NCBI RefSeq assembly: GCF_902652985.1
Contig: NC_047031.1
Coordinates: 15,376,001 to 15,440,000 of the forward strand
Length of the DNA stretch: 64,000 nucleotides
DNA from: Pecten maximus
Lineage: Eukaryota
Direction of reading: 5' to 3'
Below the pieces are notes generated by a model. It did no database searches. It saw only the letters and a list, made by a program, of their open reading frames with translations, and had not been told where the DNA came from. Below, piece by piece: positions 1-11,706 of the stretch (positions are counted from its first letter, which is position 1; every line of letters begins with the position of its first letter). The translations under genes were made by a program, and so were the position numbers.

Positions 1-1
1 C

Positions 2-1438
2 TCTGACTTTGATGGTTCCAACCCAACAATTGAGGATACGCTGGATGTTAAGCTTGGTAAGAATTTAAACCAATCACAACGTCAGGAGATACGCCAACTT
101 TGTGAGGAATATAGTGACGTCATCAATCCAAATCCAGGTAGGACATCATTAGTTACACACAGCCTGAGAACAACGTCTGAAAAACCAATAAGACAGCAGC
201 CATATCGAATTCCTCAAGCAAAGAAACAGGATGTTAAGAGAATGTTGGATGATATGTTGGATCGCGGTTACATAACACCCTCATTCAGCCCTTACTCATC
301 TCCAATAGTCTTGGTGGAAAAGAAGGACACCACTACTCGCCTATGTGTGGATTACAGAAGGCTGAACGACGTAACACTTTGTGATGGATATCCAATACCT
401 CGGGTAGATGAGATATTTGAGAAGCTGGGTAAAGCGCAATATCTCAGCACAATGGATCTAGCAAAGGGATATTGGCAAATACCTTTGTCACAGGATTCAC
501 AAGAGAAGTCTGCATTTGTGACAGAATTTGGGCAGTACCAATTCAAGGTGATGCCTTTTGGAATGAAAACAGCACCTGCTACATTTGCACGGATGATGGA
601 CAGACTATTAGCAGGAGTAGAACATGTTGTCGCCTATTTTGATGACATAGTGGTATATAGTGACACGTGGGAGGACCACTTGTTACACATCAAGACTGTT
701 TTTGATCGACTCAGAGACAGTGGGCTAACAGTAAAGCCTTCAAAATGTCAGTTTGGTGAAGAGGAACTATACTGTCTGGGACATGTGGTAGGGAAAGGAA
801 AGCTCAAACCAGATAACCGGAAGGTTCAAGCAATGGTTGATTTCCCCCTTCCACTAACGAAAAAAGGGATTAGATCATTTCCCGGTATGACAGGGTACTA
901 CCGACGTTTCGTCAAAAATTATGCCAAGCTAGCTGCTCCATTGACAAATCTGATTAGAAAAGATCGTCCGAGACAAATCCAATGGACAGATGACAGTGTG
1001 AAGGCATTCAATGACCTGAAGGACGAAATGACAAGGGCACCGGTACTAGCAAATCCGGACTTCAATGAACCCTTTACTATACAGACAGATGCTAGCAACG
1101 TAGCTATTGGAGCTGTGCTTAGTCAGGTAATTGATGATGAGGAACATCCTATTGCCTACATCAGCAGGAAACTGTTACCACGAGAACAAAATTATTCTAC
1201 AATAGAGAAAGAATGTTTGGCTATCGTATGGAGTGTAGAGTCTTTTGCCTATTATATCAGTGGAGTAAAGTTTACAATCCAAACAGACCACAATCCTTTG
1301 AAATGGCTTGACAGGACCAAGCAAAAGAACCAGAGACTTTTGAGATGGGCCCTTGCTCTACAGCAGTTTCATTACACTATAGAGTACCGACGTGGCCAGG
1401 ACAATGCCAATGCAGATGGATTGTCTCGAGTTGAATAG
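2..1438 (+). CDS. Ty3/Gypsy pol, 3' part (reverse transcriptase + RNase H), open from the window edge
   Basis: Frame is open from nt 2 (…PGRTSLVTHSLRT…PIRQQPYRIP…). RT motifs SPIVLVEKK, RLCVDYRRLN, DLAKGYWQIP, MPFGMKTAP, YFDD. RNase H motifs TDAS, NYSTIEKECLAIVW, TDHNPL, NANADGLSR. Stop at 1436-1438 with no integrase after it. Confidence 0.95.
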   Translation, partial: SDFDGSNPTIEDTLDVKLGKNLNQSQRQEIRQLCEEYSDVINPNPGRTSLVTHSLRTTSEKPIRQQPYRIPQAKKQDVKRMLDDMLDRGYITPSFSPYSSPIVLVEKKDTTTRLCVDYRRLNDVTLCDGYPIPRVDEIFEKLGKAQYLSTMDLAKGYWQIPLSQDSQEKSAFVTEFGQYQFKVMPFGMKTAPATFARMMDRLLAGVEHVVAYFDDIVVYSDTWEDHLLHIKTVFDRLRDSGLTVKPSKCQFGEEELYCLGHVVGKGKLKPDNRKVQAMVDFPLPLTKKGIRSFPGMTGYYRRFVKNYAKLAAPLTNLIRKDRPRQIQWTDDSVKAFNDLKDEMTRAPVLANPDFNEPFTIQTDASNVAIGAVLSQVIDDEEHPIAYISRKLLPREQNYSTIEKECLAIVWSVESFAYYISGVKFTIQTDHNPLKWLDRTKQKNQRLLRWALALQQFHYTIEYRRGQDNANADGLSRVE

Positions 1439-1853
1439 ATACTGTGTATATAGTACTAGTAAACAAACTGTGAAGTGTCGTTGATATTTAAAACTGCACT
1501 TCAATGTATCAGCTCCTTGATATGAACACGTGTTAAGTAAAATGATATCAGAGAACATATCCCATTTGGAATTTAGTGAAATGACTGGTTTAATTCTTTG
1601 GAGTAACCATTTTTCTGTGGAAGTACTTAATGTTTGGATTAATTCCATGCTAAGGAATTTAAAGTAATAGCTAGATCTGAAGCTATGGAAACTGTGTATA
1701 TACTGGACATCGTTTATGACCAGTGATTTATTAATGGTCAATTAAGCGTTATGCAGTGTCTGTGTACATTGTATATATTATCTCAGCCTGAGTATCATGA
1801 GCAGTATCATCTCATTAACTTTTAGACCGTAAAAGTTTTCTTAGGCAGGGGGA

Positions 1854-2264
1854 TGTTAATAGGGAGAAATTGACCTCAGGGTCAATTACATGGTCAGGTG
1901 TTATCTTTGACCACCAGAGTCTGGTGATCCCTGCCAGTACCGTATCAGACAGCTAAATTGAGTTACAACGGATGTCAAGTGTCCAATGCTGATGTGGCCG
2001 GACCCTTATCACAGTATCTCATTAGCTGGCATCCCATCCATGTCATTTTAATCATTATAATTGCTATGTATGTTTAGACTGGGTGAACAGGCCCTGACAG
2101 AGTCAGTCCTGGTGTGGCCTTGGAAGGGGTAACGTGTAAGCTCGATACTCAGGCCATACGTGTTACCAATGTCTGTAGAATACTTATAACTAATACTCAA
2201 CATTTATACTTAGAACAGTTGTTGCTGGTTGTTTATTAATTTAAGTGCAGCATAGAGGGTAACA
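1854..2264 (+). mobile_element. 3' LTR (411 bp) of the Gypsy element, preceded by a polypurine tract at 1843-1853
   Basis: PPT aggcaggggga is directly followed by TGTTA…; the LTR ends …TAACA (5-bp terminal inverted repeat, TG..CA) exactly where the satellite begins. Confidence 0.85.
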
Positions 2265-5061
2265 GCTATAAACTACTACAGTACAGCAGTATGTGATAGC
2301 TATAAACTACTACATTACAGTAGTATGTGATAGCTATAAACTACTACAGTACAGCAGTATGTGATAGCTATAAACTACTACAGTACAGCAGTATGTGATA
2401 GCTATAAACTACTACAGTACAGCAGTATGTGATAGCTATAAACTACTACAGTCCAGCAGTATGTGATAGCTATAAACTACTACAGTACAGCAGTATGTGA
2501 TAGCTATAAACTACTACAGTACAGCAGTATGTGATAGCTATAAACTACTACAGTACAGCAGTATGTGATAGCTATAAACTACTACAGTACAGCAGTATGT
2601 GATAGCTATAAACTACTACAGTACAGCAGTATGTGATAGAGCTCTATAAACTACTACAGTACAGCAGTATGTAATAGCTATTAACTACTACAGTACAGCA
2701 GTATGTGATAGTTATAAACTACTACAGTACAACAGTATGTGATAGCTATAAACTACTACAGTACAACAGTATGTGATAGCTATAAACTACTACAGTACAG
2801 CAGTATGTGATAGCTATTAACTACTACAGTACAGCAGTATGTGATAGCTATAAACTACTACAGTACAGCAGTATGTGATAGCTATAAACTTCTACAGTAC
2901 AGCAGTATGTGATAGCTATAAACTACTACAGTACAACAGTATGTGATAGCTATAAACTACTACAGTACAACAGTATGTGATAGCTATAAACTACTACAGT
3001 ACAGCAGTATGTGATAGCTATAAACTACTACAGTACAGCAGTATGTGATATCTATAAGCTACTACAGTACAGCAGTATGTGATAGCTATCAACTACTACA
3101 GTACAGCAGTATGTGATATATATAAGCTACTACAGTACAGCATTATGTGATAGCTATAACTACTACAGCACAGTAGTATGTGATAGCTATGAACTTCTAC
3201 AGTACAGCAGTATGTGATAGCTATAAACTACTACAGTACAGCAGTGTGTGATAGCTATAAACTACTACAGTACAGCAGTGTGTGATAGCTATAAACTACT
3301 ACAGTACAGCAGTATGTGATAGCTATAAACTTCTACAGTACAGCAGTATGTGATATCTATAAGCTACTACAGTACAGCAGTATGTGATAGCTATAACTAC
3401 TACAGCACAGTAGTATGTGATAGCTATAAACTTCTACAGTACAGCAGTATGTGATAGCTATAAACTACTACAGTACAGCAGTATGTGATAGCTATAACTA
3501 CTACAGCACAGTAGTATGTGATAGCTATAAACTACTACAGTACAGCAGTATGTGATAGCTATAAACTACTACAGTACAGCAGTATGTGATAGCTATCAAC
3601 TACTACAGTACAACAGTATGTGATAGCTATTAACTACTACAGTACAGCAGTATGTGATAGCTATAAACTACTACAGTACAGCAGTATGTGATAGCTATAA
3701 ACTACTACAGTACAGCAGTATGTGATAGCTATAAACTACTACAGTACAGCAGTATGTGATAGCTATATACTACTACAGTACAACAGTATGTGATAGCTAT
3801 CAACTACTACAGTCCAGCAGTATGTGATAGCTATAAACTACTACAGTACAGCAGTATGTGATAGCTATAAACTACTACAGTACAGCAGTATGTGATAGCT
3901 ATAAACTACTACAGTACAGCAGTATGTGATAGCTATAAACTACTACAGTACAGCAGTATGTGATAGCTATAAACTACTACAGTCCAGCAGTATGTGATAG
4001 CTATAAACTACTACAGTACAGCAGTATGTGATAGCTATAAACTACTACAGTGCAGCAGTATGTGATAGCTATAAACTACTACAGTACAGCAGTATGTGAT
4101 AGCTATAAACTACTACAGTACAGCAGTATGTGATAGAGCTCTATAAACTACTACAGTACAGCAGTATGTAATAGCTATTAACTACTACAGTACAGCAGTA
4201 TGTGATAGTTATAAACTACTACAGTACAGCAGTATGTGATAGCTATTAACTACTACAGTACAGCAGTATGTGATAGCTATAAACTACTACAGTACAGCAG
4301 TATGTGATAGCTATAAACTTCTACAGTACAGCAGTATGTGATAGCTATAAACTACTACAGTACAACAGTATGTGATAGCTATAAACTACTACAGTACAAC
4401 AGTATGTGATAGCTATAAACTACTACAGTACAGCAGTATGTGATAGCTATAAACTACTACAGTACAGCAGTATGTGATATCTATAAGCTTCTACAGTACA
4501 GCAGTATGTGATATATATAAGCTACTACAGTACAGCATTATGTGATAGCTATAACTACTACAGCACAGTAGTATGTGATAGCTATAAACTTCTACAGTAC
4601 AGCAGTATGTGATAGCTATAAACTACTACAGTACAGCAGTGTGTGATAGCTATAAACTACTACAGTACAGCAGTGTGTGATAGCTATAAACTACTACAGT
4701 ACAGCAGTATGTGATAGCTATAAACTTCTACAGTACAGCAGTATGTGATATCTATAAGCTACTACAGTACAGCAGTATGTGATAGCTATAACTACTACAG
4801 CACAGTAGTATGTGATAGCTATAAACTTCTACAGTACAGCAGTATGTGATAGCTATAAACTACTACAGTACAGCAGTATGTGATAGCTATAACTACTACA
4901 GCACAGTAGTATGTGATAGCTATAAACTACTACAGTACAGCAGTATGTGATAGCTATAAACTACTACAGTACAGCAGTATGTGATAGCTATCAACTACTA
5001 CAGTACAGCAGTATGTGATACCTATAATAAAACTACTACAGTTCAGCATTATTTGATAACT
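2265..5061 (+). repeat. 34-bp satellite array, about 82 units (gctataaactactacagtacagcagtatgtgata)
   Basis: Direct 34-bp periodicity; same unit as the arrays after the B-box/NHL gene stops. Confidence 0.97.
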
Positions 5062-5104
5062 AAATAGTTTAGGAACCAAACACGACACACAAAAGGCAAT
5101 TAGA

Positions 5105-5560
5105 ATAGGTCACTTGAGACTTTGTATCAGGTGACCTAATAAAACTAACTTAGAAAAGTTTTACCTTTGTCTGAGCCTATTATTTCTGATTCTACTTTCA
5201 ATCATATGCATCATCCTTCCCCTTGAATTCATATCTTCATCATTGCTATTGTAACCCCACAAGATCCTTCATCACAAACATGACATAGTAGTCATTTATA
5301 GATTTTAGTATACCCCTATGACCTTGAATATCATTCAAGGTCATTCACTGAATAATTTTGCCGCTGGTCAACGCAGCATGCTACAGACCCAATATCCCCT
5401 CTCTGGGTTATTGGGAAGAAATTGTTTAAAAGAGTTTAGCATATTTGACTCCTGTGACCTTAAATGTAAGTCAAGGTCATTTGTTTGAACATATTTGGTA
5501 GCCCTTCATCCCAGCATGCAACAGACCAAATATCTGACCTCTGGGTATCTTGATTATTCA
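5105..5560. mobile_element. Degenerate non-autonomous Helentron/HINE-like repeat
   Basis: Terminal hairpin aggtcacttgag…tcaggtgacct next to an A-run, plus two ~140-bp internal units each with a gaccttga…tcaaggtca palindrome. Confidence 0.4.
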
Positions 5561-5716
5561 ATATGAACTTATTCTGTCCAAGAGGTGATCAGATATTATA
5601 TGTACACACCACAGAATATGTGCATCACTCACAGACCAACACACGCTCCAAGTGATAACTTCATATCCTACTGTGGGGGATATGATAGATAACATTGAAG
5701 TATATAATATCTTTAC

Positions 5717-5878
5717 CTTGAATGCCTGGCACACTTTTCTAGCCAGGAGTTTTTCTTTGGCACTCAGAATCACAGGAAACCGGACTTCTTTTCCATCTTT
5801 GTCACGCTCTACTTTCCCATCTAAGGCTGGTGATTTTCTTGCCTCAGCATGTGCATAATCAGGACCAACTGTATACAC
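5717..5878 (-). CDS. PPIP5K: PPIP5K/VIP1 coding exon 6 (ATP-grasp kinase domain)
   Basis: [54 protein letters not shown]; ag/gt boundaries, 162 bp, phase 0-0. Confidence 0.95.
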
Positions 5879-6085
5879 CTGTAATTAATATACGGTACTC
5901 TCATTAGTTTACACCTGTAATCAATATACTCTAATTAGTATACACCTGTAATTAATATACAATGTACTCTAATTAGTATACACCTGTAATCAATATACTC
6001 TAATTAGTATACACCTGTAATCAATATACTCTAATTAGTATACACCTGTAATTATCATATACCTGTATTTATTACATACCTATAA
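5879..6085 (-). repeat. 31-38-bp tandem repeat duplicating the splice acceptor of the 5717-5878 exon
   Basis: acacctgtaa recurs at 5875 (true acceptor), 5911, 5942, 5980, 6011 and 6042. Confidence 0.85.
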
Positions 6086-6426
6086 TTAGTAATTTTCCTC
6101 ATGTCAAAAATATGACTATCAACCAAGCAAATAATAATATTTTGAAAATAGTTACATAAATAGTATATATATCTGAGTTTGGCTTTTTAGGCAATCCAAT
6201 ATTTTCGCATTGGGTATTTAGTTATGTACTCTTTTTAATGACTGTAAATACAAAGTAAAATCATATTCTCATGGAATATTATCAACTATACAGTTTATAT
6301 AAAAGAAACAACTGGTGAAGGAAGACACATTTTCTGTCTTGTGCTTTGTCACGGTCTTGAACTATAAAACAATAATCTATGGCATCAAATCGCCAGAAAT
6401 ATTTAAAGCCGCTTAACAACTACAAC

Positions 6427-6846
6427 CAATCTAATTAAAATCTACATGGTCATTCTCACTACATGAACATCTAACAACATCCCATAAGGGGTCACATCCT
6501 GGTGACCTTTTGGATTAGCCAATCAAATGACTACTTCCAGAATCTTGGAAGTAAATTTTATATGTCTGAATTAGCATGACTGCAGTGCATAGCTTGTATA
6601 ATCTGTCAATTTGTTTCAAGTCATTTCGTCCCATAAAGCATATAGCTATATAATGTGCCAAAATGGTTTGCTTCAGATGCATGCTGTGACAAAATGGTTT
6701 GCTTCGACGACATCGATAAATTGACAATTCGCCCTGAAAGTGAAATATGCACGTCTCAGAGGCCATCAGAACGTGACCCCTTATGGAATATTGTTAGATG
6801 TTCATATAACATAGTGAGAATGACCATCTAGATTTTAATTAGATTG
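6427..6846. mobile_element. MITE with ~85-bp imperfect terminal inverted repeats
   Basis: caatctaattaaaatctacatggtcattctcacta… / …tagtgagaatgaccatctagattttaattagattg; flanks caactacaac | caactacatc (4-bp perfect or 10-bp 9/10 TSD). Confidence 0.85.
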
Positions 6847-7146
6847 CAACTACATCATGACCATATGCTTAAAGTAAGATGTTTTGGTGTCATAGTGATC
6901 AACAGCCTGATACTCTGACATATGATTATAGCGACAAATTGTCTATGTAGTATGATTATTACTGTGAGATTTGTAAATGTTTTTATTTTTTGTTTGTTTG
7001 TTACAATTATCAATTAAACAGTGTGTGTAATACATCTTGTCTGCATTTTGTTGTTCATATCAAGGGACAAAAGAAATCTACAAATGAAACTTGGGAAAGA
7101 TTCACCATAGGGGATAAATATTTCTAAAGGTCTACATACCAATATA

Positions 7147-9570
7147 CACAGAGTATTGTTATAATAACCCAGCTGATGATGGTACAGGGTATTGTTATAA
7201 TAACCCAGCTGATGATGGTACAGGGTATTGTTATAATAACCCAGCTGATGATGGTACAGAGTATTGTTATAATAACCCAGCTGATGATGGTACAGAGTAT
7301 TGTTATAATAACCCAGCTGATGATGGTACAGAGTATTGTTTTGATTACCCAGCTGATGATGGTACAGAGTATTGTTTTGATTACCCAGCTGATGATGGTA
7401 CAGAGTATTGTTTTGATTACCCAGCTGATGATGGTACAGAGTATTGTTTTGATTACCCAGCTGATGATGGTACAGAGTATTGTTTTGATTACCCAGCTGA
7501 TGGTGGTACAGGGTATTGTTATAATAACCCAGCTGATGATGGTACAGAGTGTTGTTATAATAACCCAGCTGATGGTGGTACAGGGTATTGTTATAATAAC
7601 CCAGCTGATGATGGTACAGGGTATTGTTATAATAACCCAGCTGATGATGGTACAGAGTATTGTTATAATAACCCAGCTGATGATGGTACAGGGTATTGTT
7701 ATAATAACCCAGCTGATGATGGTACAGGGTATTGTTATAATAACCCAGCTGATGATGGTACAGAGTGTTGTTATAATAACCCAGCTGATGGTGGTACAGG
7801 GTATTGTTATAATAACCCAGCTGATGATGGTACAGGGTATTGTTATAATAACCCAGCTGATGATGGTACAGGGTATTGTTATAATAACCCAGCTGATGAT
7901 GGTACAGAGTATTGTTATAATAACCCAGCTGATGATGGTACAGGGTATTGTTATAATAACCCAGCTGATGATGGTACAGGGTATTGTTATAATAACCCAG
8001 CTGATGGTGGTACAGGGTATTGTTATAATAACCCAGCTGATGATGGTACAGGGTATTGTTATAATAACCCAGCTGATGATGGTACAGGGTATTGTTATAA
8101 TAACCCAGCTGATGATGGTACAGAGTACTGTTATAATAACCCAGCTGATGATGAAACAGGGTATTGTTATAATAACCCAGCTGATGATGGTACAGAGTAC
8201 TGTTATAATAACCCAGCTGATGATGGTACAGGGTATTGTTATAATAACCCAGCTGATGATGAAACAGGGTATTGTTATAATAACCCAGCTGATGGTGGTA
8301 CAGAGTACTGTTATAATAACCCAGCTGATGATGAAACAGGGTATTGTTATAATAACCCAGCTGATGATGGTACAGGGTATTGTTATAATAACCCAGCTGA
8401 TGATGAAACAGGGTATTGTTATAATAACCCAGCTGATGATGAAACAGGGTATTGTTATAATAACCCAGCTGATGATGGTACAGGGTATTGTTATAATAAC
8501 CCAGCTGATGATGGTACAGGGTATTGTTATAATAACCGGGCAGCTCATGATGGTACAGGGTATTGTTATAATAACCCAGCTGATGGTGGTACAGGGTATT
8601 GTTATAATAACCCAGCTGATGATGGTACAGGGTATTGTTATAATAACCCAGCTGATGATGGTACAGAGTATTGTTATAATAACCCAGCTGATGATGGTAC
8701 AGGGTATTGTTATAATAACCCAGCTGATGATGGTACAGAGTATTGTTAATATAACCCAGCTGATGATGGTACAGGGTATTGTTATAATAACCCAGCTGAT
8801 GATGGTACAGGGTATTGTTATAATAACCCAGCTGATGATGGTACAGGGTATTGTTATAATAACCCAGCTGATGATGGTACAGAGTATTGTTATAATAACC
8901 CAGCTGATGATGGTACAGGGTATTGTTATAATAACCCAGCTGATGATGGTACAGGGTATTGTTATAATAACCCAGCTGATGGTGGTACAGAGTATTGTTA
9001 TAATAACCCAGCTGATGATGGTACAGAGTACTGTTATAATAACCCAGCTGATGATGAAACAGGGTATTGTTATAATAACCCAGCTGATGATGAAACAGGG
9101 TATTGTTATAATAACCTACCTGATGATGGTACAGGGTATTGTTATAATAACCCAGCTGATGATGATACAGGGTATTGTTATAATAACCCAGCTGATGATG
9201 ACACAGGGTATTGTTATAATAACCCAGCTGATGATGAAACAGGGTATTGTTATAATAACCTACCTGATGATGGTACAGGGTATTGTTATAATAACCCAGC
9301 TGATGATGATACAGGGTATTGTTATAATAACCCAGCTGATGATGACACAGGGTATTGTTATAATAACCCAGCTGATGATGGTACAGAGTATTGTTATAAT
9401 AACCCAGCTGATGATGGTACAGGGTAATGTTATAATAACCCAGCTGATGATGAAACAGGGTATTGTTATAATAACCCAGCTGATGATGGTACAGGGTATT
9501 GTTATAATAACCCAGCTGATGATGGTACAGGGTATTGTTATAATAACCCAGCTGATGATGATAATAATAA
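7147..9570. repeat. 36-bp intronic minisatellite, about 67 units (cagggtattgttataataacccagctgatgatggta)
   Basis: Direct periodicity; produces the repeat ORFs QGIVIITQLMMV (+) and CTIISWVIITIP (-). Confidence 0.97.
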
Positions 9571-9673
9571 GATGTATATTCTGAAACACAACTTATATCA
9601 TTTTAAAATTCTGACAGTGATAACAATAGGATATCCATGTCTCTGATACATGGCCCTAGGAATGTGTCATAAT

Positions 9674-11151
9674 TAGTGCTGTAACGATTCAATTATGCAT
9701 CGATGTATTGGATCACAGTGTTGTGCATCAATGCATCGTCTACAGGGGTCGACATTAACTTTTTTCTGCACTTGTCCCTTCGGACAAGTGATAGATAAAT
9801 TCACTTGTCCGAATGAAATAATCACTTGTCCTACATGTGTTTCTACTTTGCGTTGCTACATATAGTTATATTATTGCTTGCTATCACATAAATCATGTGT
9901 GAATGTTGCACTGCTACAGAAATCTACATTAAGTGGTGAAATTTGAATAAAATCAAATGAATATATAAAGATGCAATTTTGAATTTTGTATTTGTTCAAA
10001 CATATATTTAATTCTCTGCATTAAGTTGCAAACCTTTCCATCTGTTATGTGTAAACGGGGAGATAGTTTATTATAAAGCAGAGGTAAGCACTGCAACCCA
10101 TAATTTCGACTCATAATAATTACTAACAACAAAAAAACAACAAGAAAGTATTACAAGTTATTTAAGTTTTACTAAACCATCCTTTTTTACCTAAAAGGAG
10201 ATAAATTAAGTACTTTGAAATAATTAACTTTAATGAAGAACTGTTCGACTAAACTATAAACACACTACTGTGAAAACATTAAAACATGTCACATGTCTAG
10301 TGCACTGCAGTCTGATTCATATGTCGATTCATTTTTATTACGATTCCATTTTAGCAGACACCACAGTATCTGTTGTAGTATCAATGCTCTCACATGTACA
10401 GCTTTTTGCTTGCGTATCAAACATACTAGTGATACTGATTACATGTTTTCGAGAGCCCTCGGAAGTCTACCATCGTTTCTATGTACCGGTAGTTCCGAAT
10501 GAAACTTTACTAAGCATGATCAACTCACTTCTGTTCGATGGTCAACACAATTTAAAGGAGTGTTTTACTCATTTTACAGTGAGTATTGAATCAGTTTTGA
10601 CTTCAGAATATAACATAAATAAAACACAAAGACAGATTTGTTACTTGTCCTGTCGGACAAGTACTTTAATGATTTCACTTGTCCGACATCGATTTCGTCT
10701 GGTACCGGACAATCGGACAAGCGTTAATGTCGACCCCTGGTCTATCCTTGATTTGTATTGGGTACTTGAAAATTTGTAGTTATCTCCCTTGACCAATATT
10801 AGCTTATGTTTTGTAGTAAACAACATGGCTGACAAGGCCGTTCAAGTGGCTTATAAAGCGGCCTGTTGGAGTTCTTTCAAATCCAAATTATCAAAAATTA
10901 AGAATGCTTGTGGGAAATGGACAAAACTTTTTTTTTAACAAATGTAGACAAAGATTCAAATGTTCCAGAAATGTTAAACACAAACATGACTACTGTACGA
11001 TGGAATACATGATGTCTGATGGGGCATCAGCTTTTACATATATTGTGATATGTACCGTATCGTGACCCCTGTATCGTGATATGTACCGTATCGTGACCCC
11101 TGTATCGCAATACGAATCGTATGTCTACCCACCTTGAGATATACAGCTCTA
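9674..11151. mobile_element. Non-autonomous hAT element (outer of a nested pair)
   Basis: Ends tagtgctgta… / …tacagctcta; perfect 8-bp TSD gtcataat at 9666-9673 and 11152-11159; subterminal gtatcgtga repeats. Confidence 0.85.
9743..10739. mobile_element. Non-autonomous TIR element with 5-bp TSD (hAT5-like), nested in the 9674-11151 element
   Basis: Perfect 17-bp TIR caggggtcgacattaac; TSD gtcta at 9738-9742 and 10740-10744; subterminal cttgtcc/ggacaag motifs at both ends. Confidence 0.85.
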
Positions 11152-11241
11152 GTCATAATGTATACCGAGATACAAATGACTTTATTTTGACATTACTTAC
11201 AGAAATTTCAAATCAAACTGAAGACTTAACATGATACACAC

Positions 11242-11343
11242 CTTTACATCAGTTCCATCGGTTGGCATAAAATCCTCATAGATGTAGGAGCCAGATTGGC
11301 GTACACGATTGACTTGGTAGTAGGCACTACTCCGGGGACCAAC
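11242..11343 (-). CDS. PPIP5K: PPIP5K coding exon 5
   Basis: [34 protein letters not shown]; cag|…|gtgtgt; 102 bp, phase 0-0 (not in the ORF track). Confidence 0.93.
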
Positions 11344-11706
11344 CTGCATCCAGAGGAATTAGAGAATTTGAAAAGATAATACACGTCATAATATAATTTA
11401 ACAAGATTCTTACTTTGTCAGTATAGTAAGATCTATCTCTCAAGCTTGCGTATTTTTTAAAACCTCCATGTAATAAAGGAATCATATTGAAACATTGTAT
11501 TTGACATTTGTAAATAATGTTGCATGGCAAGACAAATTGCAGAGTTTGAAAACCTGTTATTCTCAAAATTCACCTAAATATGACATTTTTATACAAAAAG
11601 AAACACATTTCCTGATATGGGAAAAGATAACTTAACTGATATATAACAGTATGTATTACAATTCTACAATAACCAGATCTGCCATGGGAATTTGTAAGTC
11701 AATTGA

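Noticed and set aside
2265-5061. CRISPR-like array
   Set aside because: Contiguous repeats without unique spacers, no cas genes, eukaryotic context.
7147-7190. Faint resemblance of the 36-bp unit to the PPIP5[11 protein letters not shown] exon sequence
   Set aside because: Requires several gaps and the opposite strand; not distinguishable from chance.
7124-9589. 802-aa, 474-aa and 109-aa hydrophobic ORFs
   Set aside because: Translations of a 36-bp intronic minisatellite with almost no unique sequence; length divisible by 3 explains the openness.
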